62,435 nucleotides of DNA, from positions 1 to 62,435 of the forward strand of contig JACRPT010000037.1 of NCBI GenBank assembly GCA_016223045.1, given 5' to 3'. Numbering within the stretch: the stretch's first letter is position 1; every line of letters starts with the position of its first letter. Positions 52,926 through 62,435 of the stretch are shown here, in pieces. The translations under genes were made by a program, and so were the position numbers. Source of the DNA: Candidatus Eiseniibacteriota bacterium (GTDB lineage: Bacteria; Eisenbacteria; RBG-16-71-46). The notes under the pieces were generated by a model that saw nothing but the letters and a program-made list of their open reading frames with translations, searched no databases and was not told the origin of the DNA.

Positions 52926-54674
52926 TCAGCGCGTCGGCAGACCGCCGCGCGCGGTGTCGGCGGCGCGTTCGGCGAGCATGCGCTCGATCGTGGCCGCCGC
53001 GCGCTCCAGGCCCGGGCCCAGGTCGCCGCGCGAGCGCGCGGCCGCCAGCGAGCGGCGTGCGGCCGTGGTGTCGCCTGCCACCGCCCACGCCTCGGCGGCC
53101 AGCAGGGCGCGCCGCGGGTTGCCGCCCAGCGCGAAGGCACGATCGTAGTAGCCGCCGGCCAGCTCGGGGCGGCCCAAGTCCATGGCGCGCTGGCCGAGCC
53201 AGACGTGGAGCGCGCTCGCCTGCAGGTCGCCCATGCGAGGCGGCTGCGCGGCCATCGCCAGCGCGCGCCCCATCGCGGCCCGCTCGTCGGCGTTCACCGC
53301 CACCCAGCCGCCGGCGCCGAGCGCGAGTGCGGGCAGCAGCCACAGCAGGGTGCCGCGCAGCCGCGCCGCCGGCAGCGTGGCGAGCAGCGCGCCGGCGGCG
53401 AGCGTCAGCGTCCAGCCGCCGAGGGCGTTCAGGTCGAAGTCGCGCTGCGCCCCGAGCCCGCCTCCGCCCACCGGCAGCATGAGCCCGAGGGGCACGAGCG
53501 GCAGCGCCGCCACCAACAGCAGGCGCGCCTCGGAGCGCCGCGCGAAGGCCCGCAGCACCTGCCACCCGGCGAGCGGCGGCGCCAGCAGCGCGAGCGGCGC
53601 CAGCAGCGCCAGCATGTTGAGCGCGTCGCCCGGGAGCAGCAGCGGGAGCGATCCGCGCCGGGTCGCGCCGCCCAGCAGGTCGCGCCAGTCCGCGGCGAGT
53701 TGAGCCGCGCCCGCGCCGGCCAGCAGGACCGCCGCGGCCAGCAGCGCGGCGGCCGCGCTCAGGCCCAGCAGCAGCCGGCGGGGTCCGGGCTGGTCGCCCG
53801 GGAGCGGCGCGCCGAGCGCCCGCCAGGCCTGCGGCAACAGCATGACGAGCGCCATGCGGTGGCCGAGGAACATCAGCAGCCACAGCACCGCGGCGCGGGC
53901 GGCCCGGGCACGGGTGTCGAGCGGCGCCAGCAGAGCGGCCCACCACCACGCGGCGGCGGCGAGCAGCAGCCCGGTGGACTCGGAGTAGCCGGCGAAGATC
54001 TCGAGCGTCCCGGCCAGCGCGAGCGCGCAGCACAGCGCCACCCGGTTCTCCGGCGCCACCGGCAGCCGCGCGCTCACCCGCCACAGCCCGGCGCAGAACG
54101 TGGCGGCCAGCAGCAGCGAGACCGTCGAGACCGCGTCCAGCACGCCGAGCCCGAGCCGGTGGAGCCCGATCGGACCGAGGAAGTCCACCGCGATGTCGAG
54201 CGGGTTGGCGTGCAGCTTCTGCGACCATTCGCGCAGCGTCGCCTCGAAGAGCTGCGCGCCGAACACGGCGATGGAGCGGATGCGGGTCTGCGTGTCCCCG
54301 AGCACATGGATGCGCTCGTGCAGCGGGAACGCCAGCACGACCGCGAGCACCCCGGCCAGCGCCACCCAGGCCGCCCGCGCGCGCAGCCGCAGTGCCGGCA
54401 CCAGCGCCGCCGCACCGGCCGCCAGCAGCAACGCGAGCCGCGCCGCGGGCGGGACCGAGCGGAATCCGTTGACCCCCCAGAACCAGTTCGACTGCGGCGG
54501 CGCCAGCAGCAGCAGCGCGGCCCACAGCGCCAGGGCGACCACGCCGGCGATCGGCAATGGCGGCAGCGGCGCCCCCGGCGGCGGGAAGTCCCGGCCGCGA
54601 CGCGGCTCGCCTCGCGACGCGCTGTGCCGAGGGCCGCCGCGTCCCGCGTCCGCCCTGCGCTCGCGCCGGCTCAC
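52926..54674 (-). CDS. Polytopic membrane protein with a C-terminal TPR-like segment
   Basis: At least 10 hydrophobic segments. The C-terminal soluble part is GGYYDRAFALGGNPRRALLAAEAWAVAGDTTAARRSL. Confidence 0.55.
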   Translation of the reverse strand: MSRRERRADAGRGGPRHSASRGEPRRGRDFPPPGAPLPPLPIAGVVALALWAALLLLAPPQSNWFWGVNGFRSVPPAARLALLLAAGAAALVPALRLRARAAWVALAGVLAVVLAFPLHERIHVLGDTQTRIRSIAVFGAQLFEATLREWSQKLHANPLDIAVDFLGPIGLHRLGLGVLDAVSTVSLLLAATFCAGLWRVSARLPVAPENRVALCCALALAGTLEIFAGYSESTGLLLAAAAWWWAALLAPLDTRARAARAAVLWLLMFLGHRMALVMLLPQAWRALGAPLPGDQPGPRRLLLGLSAAAALLAAAVLLAGAGAAQLAADWRDLLGGATRRGSLPLLLPGDALNMLALLAPLALLAPPLAGWQVLRAFARRSEARLLLVAALPLVPLGLMLPVGGGGLGAQRDFDLNALGGWTLTLAAGALLATLPAARLRGTLLWLLPALALGAGGWVAVNADERAAMGRALAMAAQPPRMGDLQASALHVWLGQRAMDLGRPELAGGYYDRAFALGGNPRRALLAAEAWAVAGDTTAARRSLAAARSRGDLGPGLERAAATIERMLAERAADTARGGLPTR

Positions 54675-54690
54675 GCGCGCCCCCTCGACC

Positions 54691-57663
54691 TCAGTCCAGC
54701 GCCGGCGCGTAGAGCACGGCGTTCAGCAGCATCCGCTCGGTCGAGCGCCAGAACAGGCGGAACGCGGGCGAGCCGGCGATCATCACGACGTGGCCCTTGC
54801 CGGCGGGCTCGTCCACGGCGTAGGCGGTGCCCTGGAGCCGCCGCTCGGTCTCGGGCCACACCCAGCCGGTGAGCGCCAGCGGCGCGCGGTCGAACATCGC
54901 GGGGTTGGCGCCGTCGCGCGAGGGTTGCAGGAACAGCCGGCCCTGCATCAGCACCGGGATGCGCGGGGTATCGTAGCCGTAGCCGAGGAAGTGGCGCGGG
55001 TCGAGCGTCGCCCAGAACACCGTGCCGGGCAGGTATTGCGGGCGCACCTCACGCTCGCGCACGCTGTCGGGGAGCGCGCCTGTCGGCGCTTCCTCGCCTC
55101 CGTACTTCCGCTCCTTCTCCTCCTCCTTCGGCTTCACCCCCACCGCGCGCGCGGTCGAGAGCTCGACGCCCTTGAGCGTCGGGAGCTCAGCCGCCTCCTC
55201 CAGGCACACCAGCGCGCCGCCGCGCCCGGTCCACTCCCTGAGCTTCGCGATCGCCCCGTCGCCCAGCGCCGCGGCCAGCGCGCCGGCATCGCCGTCGGGC
55301 ACCACGACCACGTTGTAGCGGTCGAGGTCGGCGCGCGCCAGCGCGTCCACCCGCAGCGCGGTGAAGCGCACGCCGAGCCGGCGCTCGAGCAGGAACCACA
55401 GCCAGCCGTACGCGGTCGGCGAGACCGGCCCGTCCACCAGCACGGCGATGCGCGGGCGCTTGAGGCTCACCACCGCCTGCGAGCCCACGCCGGTGTCGCC
55501 GCGGTCGGTCCACGCGCTGCTGACCGCCACCACCGCCACGCCCGAGCTGCTCGCCAGCTCGGCGACGCGGCGGTGCAGGCTCGCCGGGTTGCGCTCGACC
55601 CGCGCCACGAACGAGCCGCGCGGGAAGTCGCGTCCGGCGGCGCGCAGCGGGCGCGTGGCGGCGGCGACCTTGAAGTCCTCCTGCAGGAGCCGCAGCGCCA
55701 GCCGCTGCGCGCCGTCCTGGTCGCACGCCCACACGTAGGCGGTGGCGGCGCGCCCGCCCTCGATCCGGCCGGAGAGGTCGAGCGCCGCGCCGCCGCGCGC
55801 GTCGCGCAGCACCAGCGGCCCGGCGCGGCTCACGCGCGCGGTGAGCGGCAGCCCCACCGCGAGCGAATCGGGCACGCGTTCCTCGGCGCCGTCGGGCGCG
55901 CTTGGGTCGGGCGCGGCCAGCGGCACCCCCTCCGGCGTCTCGCGCAGCGCGAACGCGGGCACGCCGAAGGTCACAGGCAGCGACCACGCGGTGACGTCGT
56001 AGAAGTCGTAGGGCTCCTTGGGCGCCAGCTTCCCGCGCTTGAGGTTGCGCGCGTACTTCTCGAGCTGGATCCGGGCGAACGCGGTGTCCATCGCCGCGTC
56101 GCGCTCGATCAGCGTGCGCGCCAGCCGGCCCGCCGGCTGCGCCAGGTCCACCACGAAGGCGCCGTGCGCGAACTCGCGCGCCGCGAATGGCGGGGCCGCG
56201 GCGCCCACCATGCCGCCAGCGGGCTCCGGCCGCGCGCGGACCGCGCTCTTCCCTGCGCCCGCGGCCGCGCGCTCGCCCGCGCCGCGCGATGCCGCCCGCT
56301 CGCCCGCCGCCGCCCCCGCGGCGCGGAACGGCTTCGCCACCCAGCGCACCTCGACGCCCGCGTTCAACAGGTCCTCGGCCAGCGCCGCGGCGCGCAGCGG
56401 GTCGTCGCCGGGGTCGAGCGCGTAGGCGCGAACCTCCCCCGCGCGGCCCGACTCGATCGCCGCCAGCGCGAAGCGGTGGAAGTCGCGCAGCCGCTCCTCG
56501 CGGTGCTCGGCGGCGGCGGCGCAGGTGGCGAGCGAGGCGGTGAAGTGGCGCTCGATGCCGTCCAGCAGCGTCACCACCGTCTCGTCGTCGCGGCGAATCG
56601 CCAGGTTGCCGCCGCCGTCGGTCTCGTAGGTCATGCCAACCGCGCCCTGCAGCGAAGGCCACGCGTCCCAGTAGCCCGGGTAGTAGAGGTCGAAGACGTC
56701 GCGCACGAAGTAGCTCCAGCCGTAGCGGTCGAACGCCGCGGCGTTGGCGCGCCCGAACAGGTCGGTCCAGTGGCGCACCTCTCCCGCGCTCAGCGCGCCG
56801 TTGATGGGCGCGGCCGGCGGGGCGAAGAAGTAGCTCGCGGTCTGGCCGTGGTGATCCACGAACACCTGCGGCCGCCAGCGCCGGAACGCCGCGGCCATCT
56901 GGCGCGACTCGACCTGGCTCATCGCCAGCGCGTCGCGGTTCAGGTCCACCTGGTAGTGGTTGGTGCGCCCGCCGATGCCCCACGGCTGCTGGCGCTGCTG
57001 CTCCACCGCCCACGGGTCGGGGTTCCCCGAGCCCAGCGCGTTCACCCAGGTGACGAAGCGCTCGTGGCCGTCGGGGTTGTGGGCCAGGTTCAACACCACC
57101 ACGCAGCGCTCGCGGATGGCGCGCGTCAGCGAGTCCTCGCCCGCGGCGAGCTGCCAGGCCACCTGCATCATCGCCTCGAACGAGGCCGACTCGTCGCCGT
57201 GGATGCTGTAGTTGAGCCACACCGTGACCGGCGTCTCGCGGATCAGCTTCTCCGCCTCGCCGGGGCTCGCGAGCCTGCGCGGATCAGCGAGCTGCTGCGT
57301 GGCGCCGCGGATCTGCTCGAGCCGCCGCTGGTTCTCGGGCGAGGTGATCACCAGCAGCGCGCGCTCGCGGAACTCGTCGGTGAGCCCGAAGGGCTCGCGC
57401 CGCACCCGGTCGGTCGCCGCGCGCAGCAGCGCGTCCACATAGCGCTCCATGTTCCCGTAGTTGGTGTGGAAGGTGCCGGGCGCGTAGCCCAGCACCTCGG
57501 CCGGGCGCGGTACGCCCTCGCGGTACGGCCCGCGGTCGTAGAAGTCGAAGCGGGCGGGCGCCGCGGTGTCGTCGGCGGGCGCCGCGGAGGCCGCGCCGCC
57601 AGGCGCACGGAAGCAGAGAAGCAACGTGGCGAGGAAGACGATCGTTCGGGTAACGAGACGCAT
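54691..57663 (-). CDS. Large secreted M14 family zinc peptidase-like protein
   Basis: GGAGG lies before the ATG (complement of 57661-57663). Signal peptide MRLVTRTIVFLATLLLCF. Zinc-site context YSIHGDESAS, plus VDLNRD. Confidence 0.7.
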   Translation of the reverse strand: MRLVTRTIVFLATLLLCFRAPGGAASAAPADDTAAPARFDFYDRGPYREGVPRPAEVLGYAPGTFHTNYGNMERYVDALLRAATDRVRREPFGLTDEFRERALLVITSPENQRRLEQIRGATQQLADPRRLASPGEAEKLIRETPVTVWLNYSIHGDESASFEAMMQVAWQLAAGEDSLTRAIRERCVVVLNLAHNPDGHERFVTWVNALGSGNPDPWAVEQQRQQPWGIGGRTNHYQVDLNRDALAMSQVESRQMAAAFRRWRPQVFVDHHGQTASYFFAPPAAPINGALSAGEVRHWTDLFGRANAAAFDRYGWSYFVRDVFDLYYPGYWDAWPSLQGAVGMTYETDGGGNLAIRRDDETVVTLLDGIERHFTASLATCAAAAEHREERLRDFHRFALAAIESGRAGEVRAYALDPGDDPLRAAALAEDLLNAGVEVRWVAKPFRAAGAAAGERAASRGAGERAAAGAGKSAVRARPEPAGGMVGAAAPPFAAREFAHGAFVVDLAQPAGRLARTLIERDAAMDTAFARIQLEKYARNLKRGKLAPKEPYDFYDVTAWSLPVTFGVPAFALRETPEGVPLAAPDPSAPDGAEERVPDSLAVGLPLTARVSRAGPLVLRDARGGAALDLSGRIEGGRAATAYVWACDQDGAQRLALRLLQEDFKVAAATRPLRAAGRDFPRGSFVARVERNPASLHRRVAELASSSGVAVVAVSSAWTDRGDTGVGSQAVVSLKRPRIAVLVDGPVSPTAYGWLWFLLERRLGVRFTALRVDALARADLDRYNVVVVPDGDAGALAAALGDGAIAKLREWTGRGGALVCLEEAAELPTLKGVELSTARAVGVKPKEEEKERKYGGEEAPTGALPDSVREREVRPQYLPGTVFWATLDPRHFLGYGYDTPRIPVLMQGRLFLQPSRDGANPAMFDRAPLALTGWVWPETERRLQGTAYAVDEPAGKGHVVMIAGSPAFRLFWRSTERMLLNAVLYAPALD

Positions 57664-57721
57664 GCGGGAACCTCCAGCCGGGTTCACGACGTGGCCACCT
57701 CCGCGGTCCGCGGGGACCGCG

Positions 57722-58432
57722 CTACCGCGGCAGCGCGCCCGCCTCGACGATCGCCGCGTCCGCGCCCTCGGCCAGCAGCCGCGCCACGCCGTAGCCCGCG
57801 ACCTCGGGCCCGGCGAGCGGCCCGGCCGGCGCGGCGCCCGCGGCGGTCGCAGCCGCGGTGCGCAGGCGCGGCACGCGCAGCGCGTAGAACTCCATGCCCG
57901 GCCGGCCCGGCGCGCGCAGCAGCTGGATCAGCCCTTCGAGGAAGCTGCGGCCCAGCGACCACGCGTCGGGCCGGCCGCCCTGCTCCAAGCCGGGCGTGGC
58001 GGTCACCGCCACCACGCGCTTCACCGGGGCCCCGCCGTTCAGGTGCGGCAGCATCCCCAGGATGAAGCGCGCCGGCGCCGAGACGTTGCTCTCGACCGCG
58101 TGCTGCACGCCGTCGGCGTCCAGCCCGTTCAGCCAGCCGATCGGCGGCGTGCCGATGGCCGAGACCAGGTGGTCGAGCCCGCCGAACTCGCGGCGTGCCA
58201 CCGCGGCGACGCGCCGCGGCATGGCGGGGTCGTTGAACTCGCCCACCGCGGTGCGCACCCGCGGGACGACCTCGGCGTCCACCGCGAGGTAGAAGCGCTC
58301 GGCCACCGCCTCGCTGCGCACCGGCACGATGATGCGCGCGCCGCTGAACAGCAGCACGTCCACGACGGCACGGCCGACGCTGCCGGTGCCGCCGCCTACC
58401 ACGATCACCTGTCCGTCGAGTCGGGGGATCAT
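57722..58432 (-). CDS. NAD(P)-binding Rossmann-fold protein (atypical SDR-like)
   Basis: VIVVGGGTGSVGRAVV glycine-rich motif near the N-terminus. Confidence 0.55.
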   Translation of the reverse strand: MIPRLDGQVIVVGGGTGSVGRAVVDVLLFSGARIIVPVRSEAVAERFYLAVDAEVVPRVRTAVGEFNDPAMPRRVAAVARREFGGLDHLVSAIGTPPIGWLNGLDADGVQHAVESNVSAPARFILGMLPHLNGGAPVKRVVAVTATPGLEQGGRPDAWSLGRSFLEGLIQLLRAPGRPGMEFYALRVPRLRTAAATAAGAAPAGPLAGPEVAGYGVARLLAEGADAAIVEAGALPR

Positions 58433-58525
58433 GCGGACCTCCAGGCAGAATGAGGCGGCATTCTCCCACAAACCGCGGCCCGCGCCAGCGGAAAGCGCGC
58501 GGTGGCCCGCGCGCCCCCACCGCCG

Positions 58526-58966
58526 TCACGCCGGGTACTTGCCGGTGATGAAATCGGTGAGGTGGCGCACCTCGACCTCGCGCTCGGCCGAGAGGTGCTT
58601 GACCGTGTCGCCGATCGAGACCAGTCCCGCCAGGCGCCCGCCCTCGATCACCGGCAGGTGCCGGATGCGCTCGCGGGTCATGATCGCCATGCAGTCCTCG
58701 ACCGGGCGATCGGGGCCGAGGCAGATCGGGTTCCCGGTCATGATCTCGCGCACCGGCGTCGCGCCAGCGTCCCGCTGCTGGAGCGCGACGCGCCGCAGGT
58801 AGTCACGCTCGGTGATGATCCCGACGATGTCGTCGCCGTCCACCACCACCAGCGATCCGACGCCGTTCTTCACCATCTTCACGAGCGCTTCGAAAGCGGT
58901 AGCCCCCGGGGAGATGACGTGGACCTGTCCGCCCTTGCGGGCGAGGATCTCTGCGACTCGACTCAT
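58526..58966 (-). CDS. CBS-pair domain protein
   Basis: AGGAGG lies before the ATG (complement of 58964-58966). Two CBS-like units: ...VGSLVVVDGDDIVGIITERDYLR... and ...IRHLPVIEGGRLAGLVSIGDTVK.... Confidence 0.8.
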   Translation of the reverse strand: MSRVAEILARKGGQVHVISPGATAFEALVKMVKNGVGSLVVVDGDDIVGIITERDYLRRVALQQRDAGATPVREIMTGNPICLGPDRPVEDCMAIMTRERIRHLPVIEGGRLAGLVSIGDTVKHLSAEREVEVRHLTDFITGKYPA

Positions 58967-59193
58967 GGCCGCCTCCTGCACGAAGGCGCGGTCGGTCGGC
59001 GGCACGGGACGCGATCGGCGCGTCCCCGGCCCGCGCACGGCCGGATTGTGGCACAGGGGAAGGGGCGAGGAAAAGCAAGACAGAAGTACGCTGTGAAGAA
59101 ACTCGCGGCAATGTCCGGAGGCATGCTCGGGAAACCCACGCCGGACACTTGGGCGGTGGCTTCCTGGCGCCCGGAGCGCTGCTCGCTCCATGC

Positions 59194-61689
59194 TCACTTC
59201 ACCACGAGCATCTTCCGCGTGGCGGCAACACCGTTCGCCTCTAGGCGATAGAGGTAGCATCCCGGCATCCAGCCAGCCGTACTAATGGCGATCTCGTGAT
59301 CGCCCGCAGTCTTGAGCTCCCGTTGCAGTAGAGCGGCCACGCGACGGCCTTGCAGATCGTAGACGGCAAGTGACACCGGCGCGGCCGTCGGCAAACAAAA
59401 ACGGAGACGCCCAAACAGTTGGATCGGGTTCGGCGAGACCGCAACCGTCAGAGCCGTCGCCGGGCGGGTGGGGGGTGAATACGCCACTGGAGTTGCAGTG
59501 AGACCGCCTGCCGGCATCCCGCCGAATGACCGGAACGAGCCCCCAACGTAGAGCCACCCGGCATCGGCCACAATAGCTGAGACTACCCCGTCAGAACCAG
59601 GGTTCCAGGGAAACACTGCACCCGAAACTGGGTCGAGGCTCGCAATCGACTGTCGCGGCTCTCCACCAATGAAGCCAAAGCCTCCCCCGGCGTATACCGC
59701 CGCCGGTGTCGCTGTCACAGCGTACACTTGCCGGCTCGCGTTTGCGATCCACTGCGCAGCTTGCCCGGTGGCCACGTCGAGGGCTGCAATGCCGTCGCGG
59801 GCCTGCCCGCCAATGTAGTTGAAATTCCCGGCTGCAAACACGACTCCTTCGCGGACATCGATGTCATGAATGATAAAATCAGCGCTCGGATCCCACGCGG
59901 TGGCCGTTCCCGCTGCGGTGTCAAGCGCGGCGATGTAGCTGCGTGCTTGCCCGCCGATCTGCGAGAACCACCCGCCGGCATAGACTGTGCCGGCGCTGAC
60001 GGTCAAGCACTCCACGATGTCGTTGGCCCCAGGATTCCACGCCGTTGCGCTCCCTGTGATCGTGTCGAGGGCCGCAAGATAAGGCCGCGGCTGTCCACCA
60101 ATGACGCCGAACCAGCCCCCCGCGTACAGCGTCGAGCCGCCCAGCGCAAGCGCGTACACCGGTCCACTTGCATCAGCCCGCCAGCTCGTGGCTGCTCCGG
60201 TCTGGCCATCGAGCGCTGCAATACCGCTGCGCGCTTGCCCCCCAACTTGAGAAAAATACCCGCCGACGTAGACCGTCCGACTGTACACCGCAAGTGCACT
60301 GACGAAGAACCCGTCCGGGTTAGGGTTCCAGGCGGTCGCCTCGCCGCTGCCGAGATCAAGCGCCGCGAGGCCATGTCGGTGTACACCGCCGAGGATGGCG
60401 AATTCGCCACCGACGTAGATCACGCTGCCGTCGCCCGCAAGGCAATGGACATCCCCACCCGGCATCGGATCCCACGGCGTCACGGACCCACTGCGCGCAT
60501 CAACCGCCGCCAGGAAGCGGCGGTCATAGTCACCCAGGTGGCGGAAGCGGCCCCCCAGGTAAACGGTCTGACCATGGACGAGAACCGCATCGACATAGGG
60601 CGCTGCGCTAACCTGTACCGGCAGCGGACTGGGGTTCCAGGCTGTGGGTAGTCCCGTTGCCACGTCCACCTCCGCTATGCCGCCACGGAGCTGACCACCG
60701 ACGCTCGTGAAATGGCCGGCGGCATAGACGGAGTTGCCCTGCACGGCCAAACGGGCCACGTACGGGCCCAAGTCTCGGTCATTGGGGACGCTGCTGACAG
60801 TCGGGTTCCAAGCGCTGACCGCACCCGTGTTCAAGTCCACAGCACCAAGGAAGCTCCGCGGCTGCCCGCCAAGATGAGTAAACTGGCCTCCGACATAGAG
60901 GGTGTTGCCGTGGAGCGCCAAAGCGTAGACTCGAGAATCCGCGCCCGGATTCCATGGTGCAGCGAGGCCGGTGGCGGCATCGATAGCCGCCATGTTGCTG
61001 CGATCCGCTCCGCCAATTCGGCCAAAGTCGCCCCCCACGTAGACAACCAGACCTCGTACTGCGATCGCGCTGACGGAAGTAAAGAGCAGGCCTCCGGCCA
61101 CGTCCGGATTCCATGTCGTCGCCGTGCCGGTTGACGTATTGACCGCAGCCAGGAAGTTGCGCGCAGCTCCGCCAATCGAGGCGAATGCGCCGCCCACGTA
61201 GAGCGTCCGGCCACACAGGGCGAGCGCGTTCACGTTGTTGTCGGGGTCAGGTGACCAGGCAGCAACCGAGCCGTCGGCTAGGATATGTGCCAGATTGGCT
61301 CGCGCGATGCCGCCAACGGCCGTAAACCGGCCACCAATGAACCAGCCTCCGTCTCCGTCCGAAACAGCGGCCGCGACGGCTCCAGCCACTCTTGAGAAGG
61401 GACCTACGGGGGCAGCGGTGCGCTCGCTGACGGGTACGCCTCCCCCAGTGGAAGGGCCAACCATCGTGAACGTCCCGCCGATGAAAAGCTGGTTGTCGGG
61501 TCCGCGGGCGATGGCATTGACCGCCCCATCAGTTCCCCACAGCTCTGCACCAGCCGCTTGCCCGGGTGGAGGACCTACAGCCAGGGCGAGGGCCGGCACG
61601 AGTGAAACTACCACCAAAGCCCACAGCCGACAGCGAAACGGCAAAGGCCGCAGCGAGACCCGGCGGGAGGGATATGCGAGAGCGAACAT
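59194..61689 (-). CDS. Beta-propeller repeat protein (delta-60 / DUF5122-like) with a T9SS-type C-terminal domain; paralog of 3455..5989
   Basis: Same repeat architecture (LYVGGxFxxIGGxxRxxLAALD..TG....WNP). N-terminal block GPSTGGGVPV...NLAHILADGSVAAWSPDPD closely parallels the left-end copy. C-terminus ...GCYLYRLEANGVAATRKMLVVK. Confidence 0.75.
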   Translation of the reverse strand: MFALAYPSRRVSLRPLPFRCRLWALVVVSLVPALALAVGPPPGQAAGAELWGTDGAVNAIARGPDNQLFIGGTFTMVGPSTGGGVPVSERTAAPVGPFSRVAGAVAAAVSDGDGGWFIGGRFTAVGGIARANLAHILADGSVAAWSPDPDNNVNALALCGRTLYVGGAFASIGGAARNFLAAVNTSTGTATTWNPDVAGGLLFTSVSAIAVRGLVVYVGGDFGRIGGADRSNMAAIDAATGLAAPWNPGADSRVYALALHGNTLYVGGQFTHLGGQPRSFLGAVDLNTGAVSAWNPTVSSVPNDRDLGPYVARLAVQGNSVYAAGHFTSVGGQLRGGIAEVDVATGLPTAWNPSPLPVQVSAAPYVDAVLVHGQTVYLGGRFRHLGDYDRRFLAAVDARSGSVTPWDPMPGGDVHCLAGDGSVIYVGGEFAILGGVHRHGLAALDLGSGEATAWNPNPDGFFVSALAVYSRTVYVGGYFSQVGGQARSGIAALDGQTGAATSWRADASGPVYALALGGSTLYAGGWFGVIGGQPRPYLAALDTITGSATAWNPGANDIVECLTVSAGTVYAGGWFSQIGGQARSYIAALDTAAGTATAWDPSADFIIHDIDVREGVVFAAGNFNYIGGQARDGIAALDVATGQAAQWIANASRQVYAVTATPAAVYAGGGFGFIGGEPRQSIASLDPVSGAVFPWNPGSDGVVSAIVADAGWLYVGGSFRSFGGMPAGGLTATPVAYSPPTRPATALTVAVSPNPIQLFGRLRFCLPTAAPVSLAVYDLQGRRVAALLQRELKTAGDHEIAISTAGWMPGCYLYRLEANGVAATRKMLVVK

Positions 61690-61777
61690 GGCCCCGACAA
61701 GGGGTTAGCGGTTCAGGAATGGAACCCGATAATGATACCTCCGGTGCGCAAGAGGAATCAATCCCCCCCACCTGCCA

Positions 61778-62435
61778 TCAGCGAAGCAGGGGCACACGCA
61801 CCGTGCGCTGGCCAGCCCGGCAGTTCAAACGAGCAAAGTAGATGCCGCTGCCCGCCGCTGCGCCACTGCTCCCCCGCCCATCCCACTCTACGGCGCTCTC
61901 CCCTGGCGGCAGATCACCATCGAGAACCGTCCGAACCCTGCGGCCCGTGACATCGTACAGATCGAGCCGAGCGTGCAGCGCCGCCGGCACCTCAACCCGG
62001 AACCCGACCGCTCCCGTGCCCGGCCGCAGTCTCGCAAGTCGAAGCGCGAGCTCCCGGGGCGCGGGGTCTGTTCCATTGTCTACGCCCGTGACCCCCGTGC
62101 CCAAGCCGAGGACGTCCTTCGCACCACCCGATCCGGGAGTCCACCGCAGCTGCACGATCCACACTCGGTTGCTGTCCGGGTTCGCTACCGTGCCACACGC
62201 ATCCACGACCGCCGCATTGTAGCCGGCAAGGTATTCGTGCTCGAAGAACTTCACGTACTCTGATCCGTTCCAATCCTTCACTCGCGCGTCATTCCCTGTC
62301 TCCCCGTACAGTCGCTTGGAATGTGTGCGATTCTTAGTTGGTGAATTGAAGCGGCTCCCACCGCTGTGGTGTGATGGCGATGGAACGTCGTCCTCACCCC
62401 CAGAAGAAAGGAGCCGTAGATGGGCAGTGTCATCC
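61778..62435 (-). CDS. 3' part of a secreted protein with a T9SS-type C-terminal domain (N-terminus lies outside the window)
   Basis: The minus-strand frame stays open from the track start (62281) to the window edge. The C-terminus ...LDLYDVTGRRVRTVLDG...GIYFARLNCRAGQRTVRVPLLR resembles the tail of the 1344..3440 product. Confidence 0.6.
   Translation of the reverse strand, partial: DDTAHLRLLSSGGEDDVPSPSHHSGGSRFNSPTKNRTHSKRLYGETGNDARVKDWNGSEYVKFFEHEYLAGYNAAVVDACGTVANPDSNRVWIVQLRWTPGSGGAKDVLGLGTGVTGVDNGTDPAPRELALRLARLRPGTGAVGFRVEVPAALHARLDLYDVTGRRVRTVLDGDLPPGESAVEWDGRGSSGAAAGSGIYFARLNCRAGQRTVRVPLLR

Noticed and set aside
54100-58065. 1321-aa plus-strand ORF
   Set aside because: It is antisense to the M14 peptidase and membrane-protein genes, which have recognisable motifs. 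The composition is low-complexity Arg/Ala-rich.

Overview
Very GC-rich, densely coding bacterial chromosomal window. My hand counts give roughly 75-80% GC in typical coding stretches. All six frames carry long stop-free ORFs, so most track ORFs are artefacts. The calls below rest on motifs, signal peptides, SD sequences and start/stop coupling. Seven proteins end in a FlgD-Ig / T9SS-type C-terminal sorting domain. Together with sigma-54 regulation this suggests an uncultured Eisenbacteria- or Gemmatimonadota-like lineage, but that is only a guess.

Layout:
(1) 1-19.8 kb, plus strand: a block of secreted proteins. It holds a GH32/43-like propeller, a delta-60-type beta-propeller repeat protein, a GT51 transglycosylase with a long N-terminal extension, a polytopic membrane protein, and two paralogous BNR/PPC proteins flanking a metzincin-FG-GAP protease.
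(2) 19.8-21.8 kb: an S9 serine peptidase split by a single in-frame TAG, followed by a 58-bp tandem repeat.
(3) 22.0-30.7 kb: a tightly coupled arginine operon, argR-argC-argB-argD-argG-argH(GNAT fusion)-argF, preceded by a tandem pair of ARG boxes.
(4) 30.9-32.0 kb: a visibly lower-GC islet with a wHTH-nucleotidyltransferase gene plus a HEPN-like gene.
(5) 32.4-35.4 kb: a secreted protein, pterin-4a-carbinolamine dehydratase, and an M14 peptidase.
(6) 35.5-50.7 kb: the most interesting part. A histidine kinase and a sigma-54 enhancer-binding response regulator are followed by two palindromic enhancer-like sites, a -24/-12 promoter, and an 11-gene cluster. That cluster encodes a Cyc2-like fused monohaem cytochrome-porin, a cupredoxin, a pentahaem cytochrome, a TAT-exported molybdopterin-family subunit, a 4Fe-4S subunit, an NrfD-type membrane subunit, and three further c-type cytochromes. 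The cluster carries 19 CxxCH motifs in total.
(7) 50.8-62.4 kb, mostly minus strand: an AIR-synthase-related protein, a DUF4382-like lipoprotein, a membrane/TPR protein, a second M14 peptidase, an SDR-like protein, a CBS-pair protein, and a mirror-image paralogous copy of the left-end secreted gene pair.

I recognised no rRNA, tRNA, CRISPR array, transposase or integrase.
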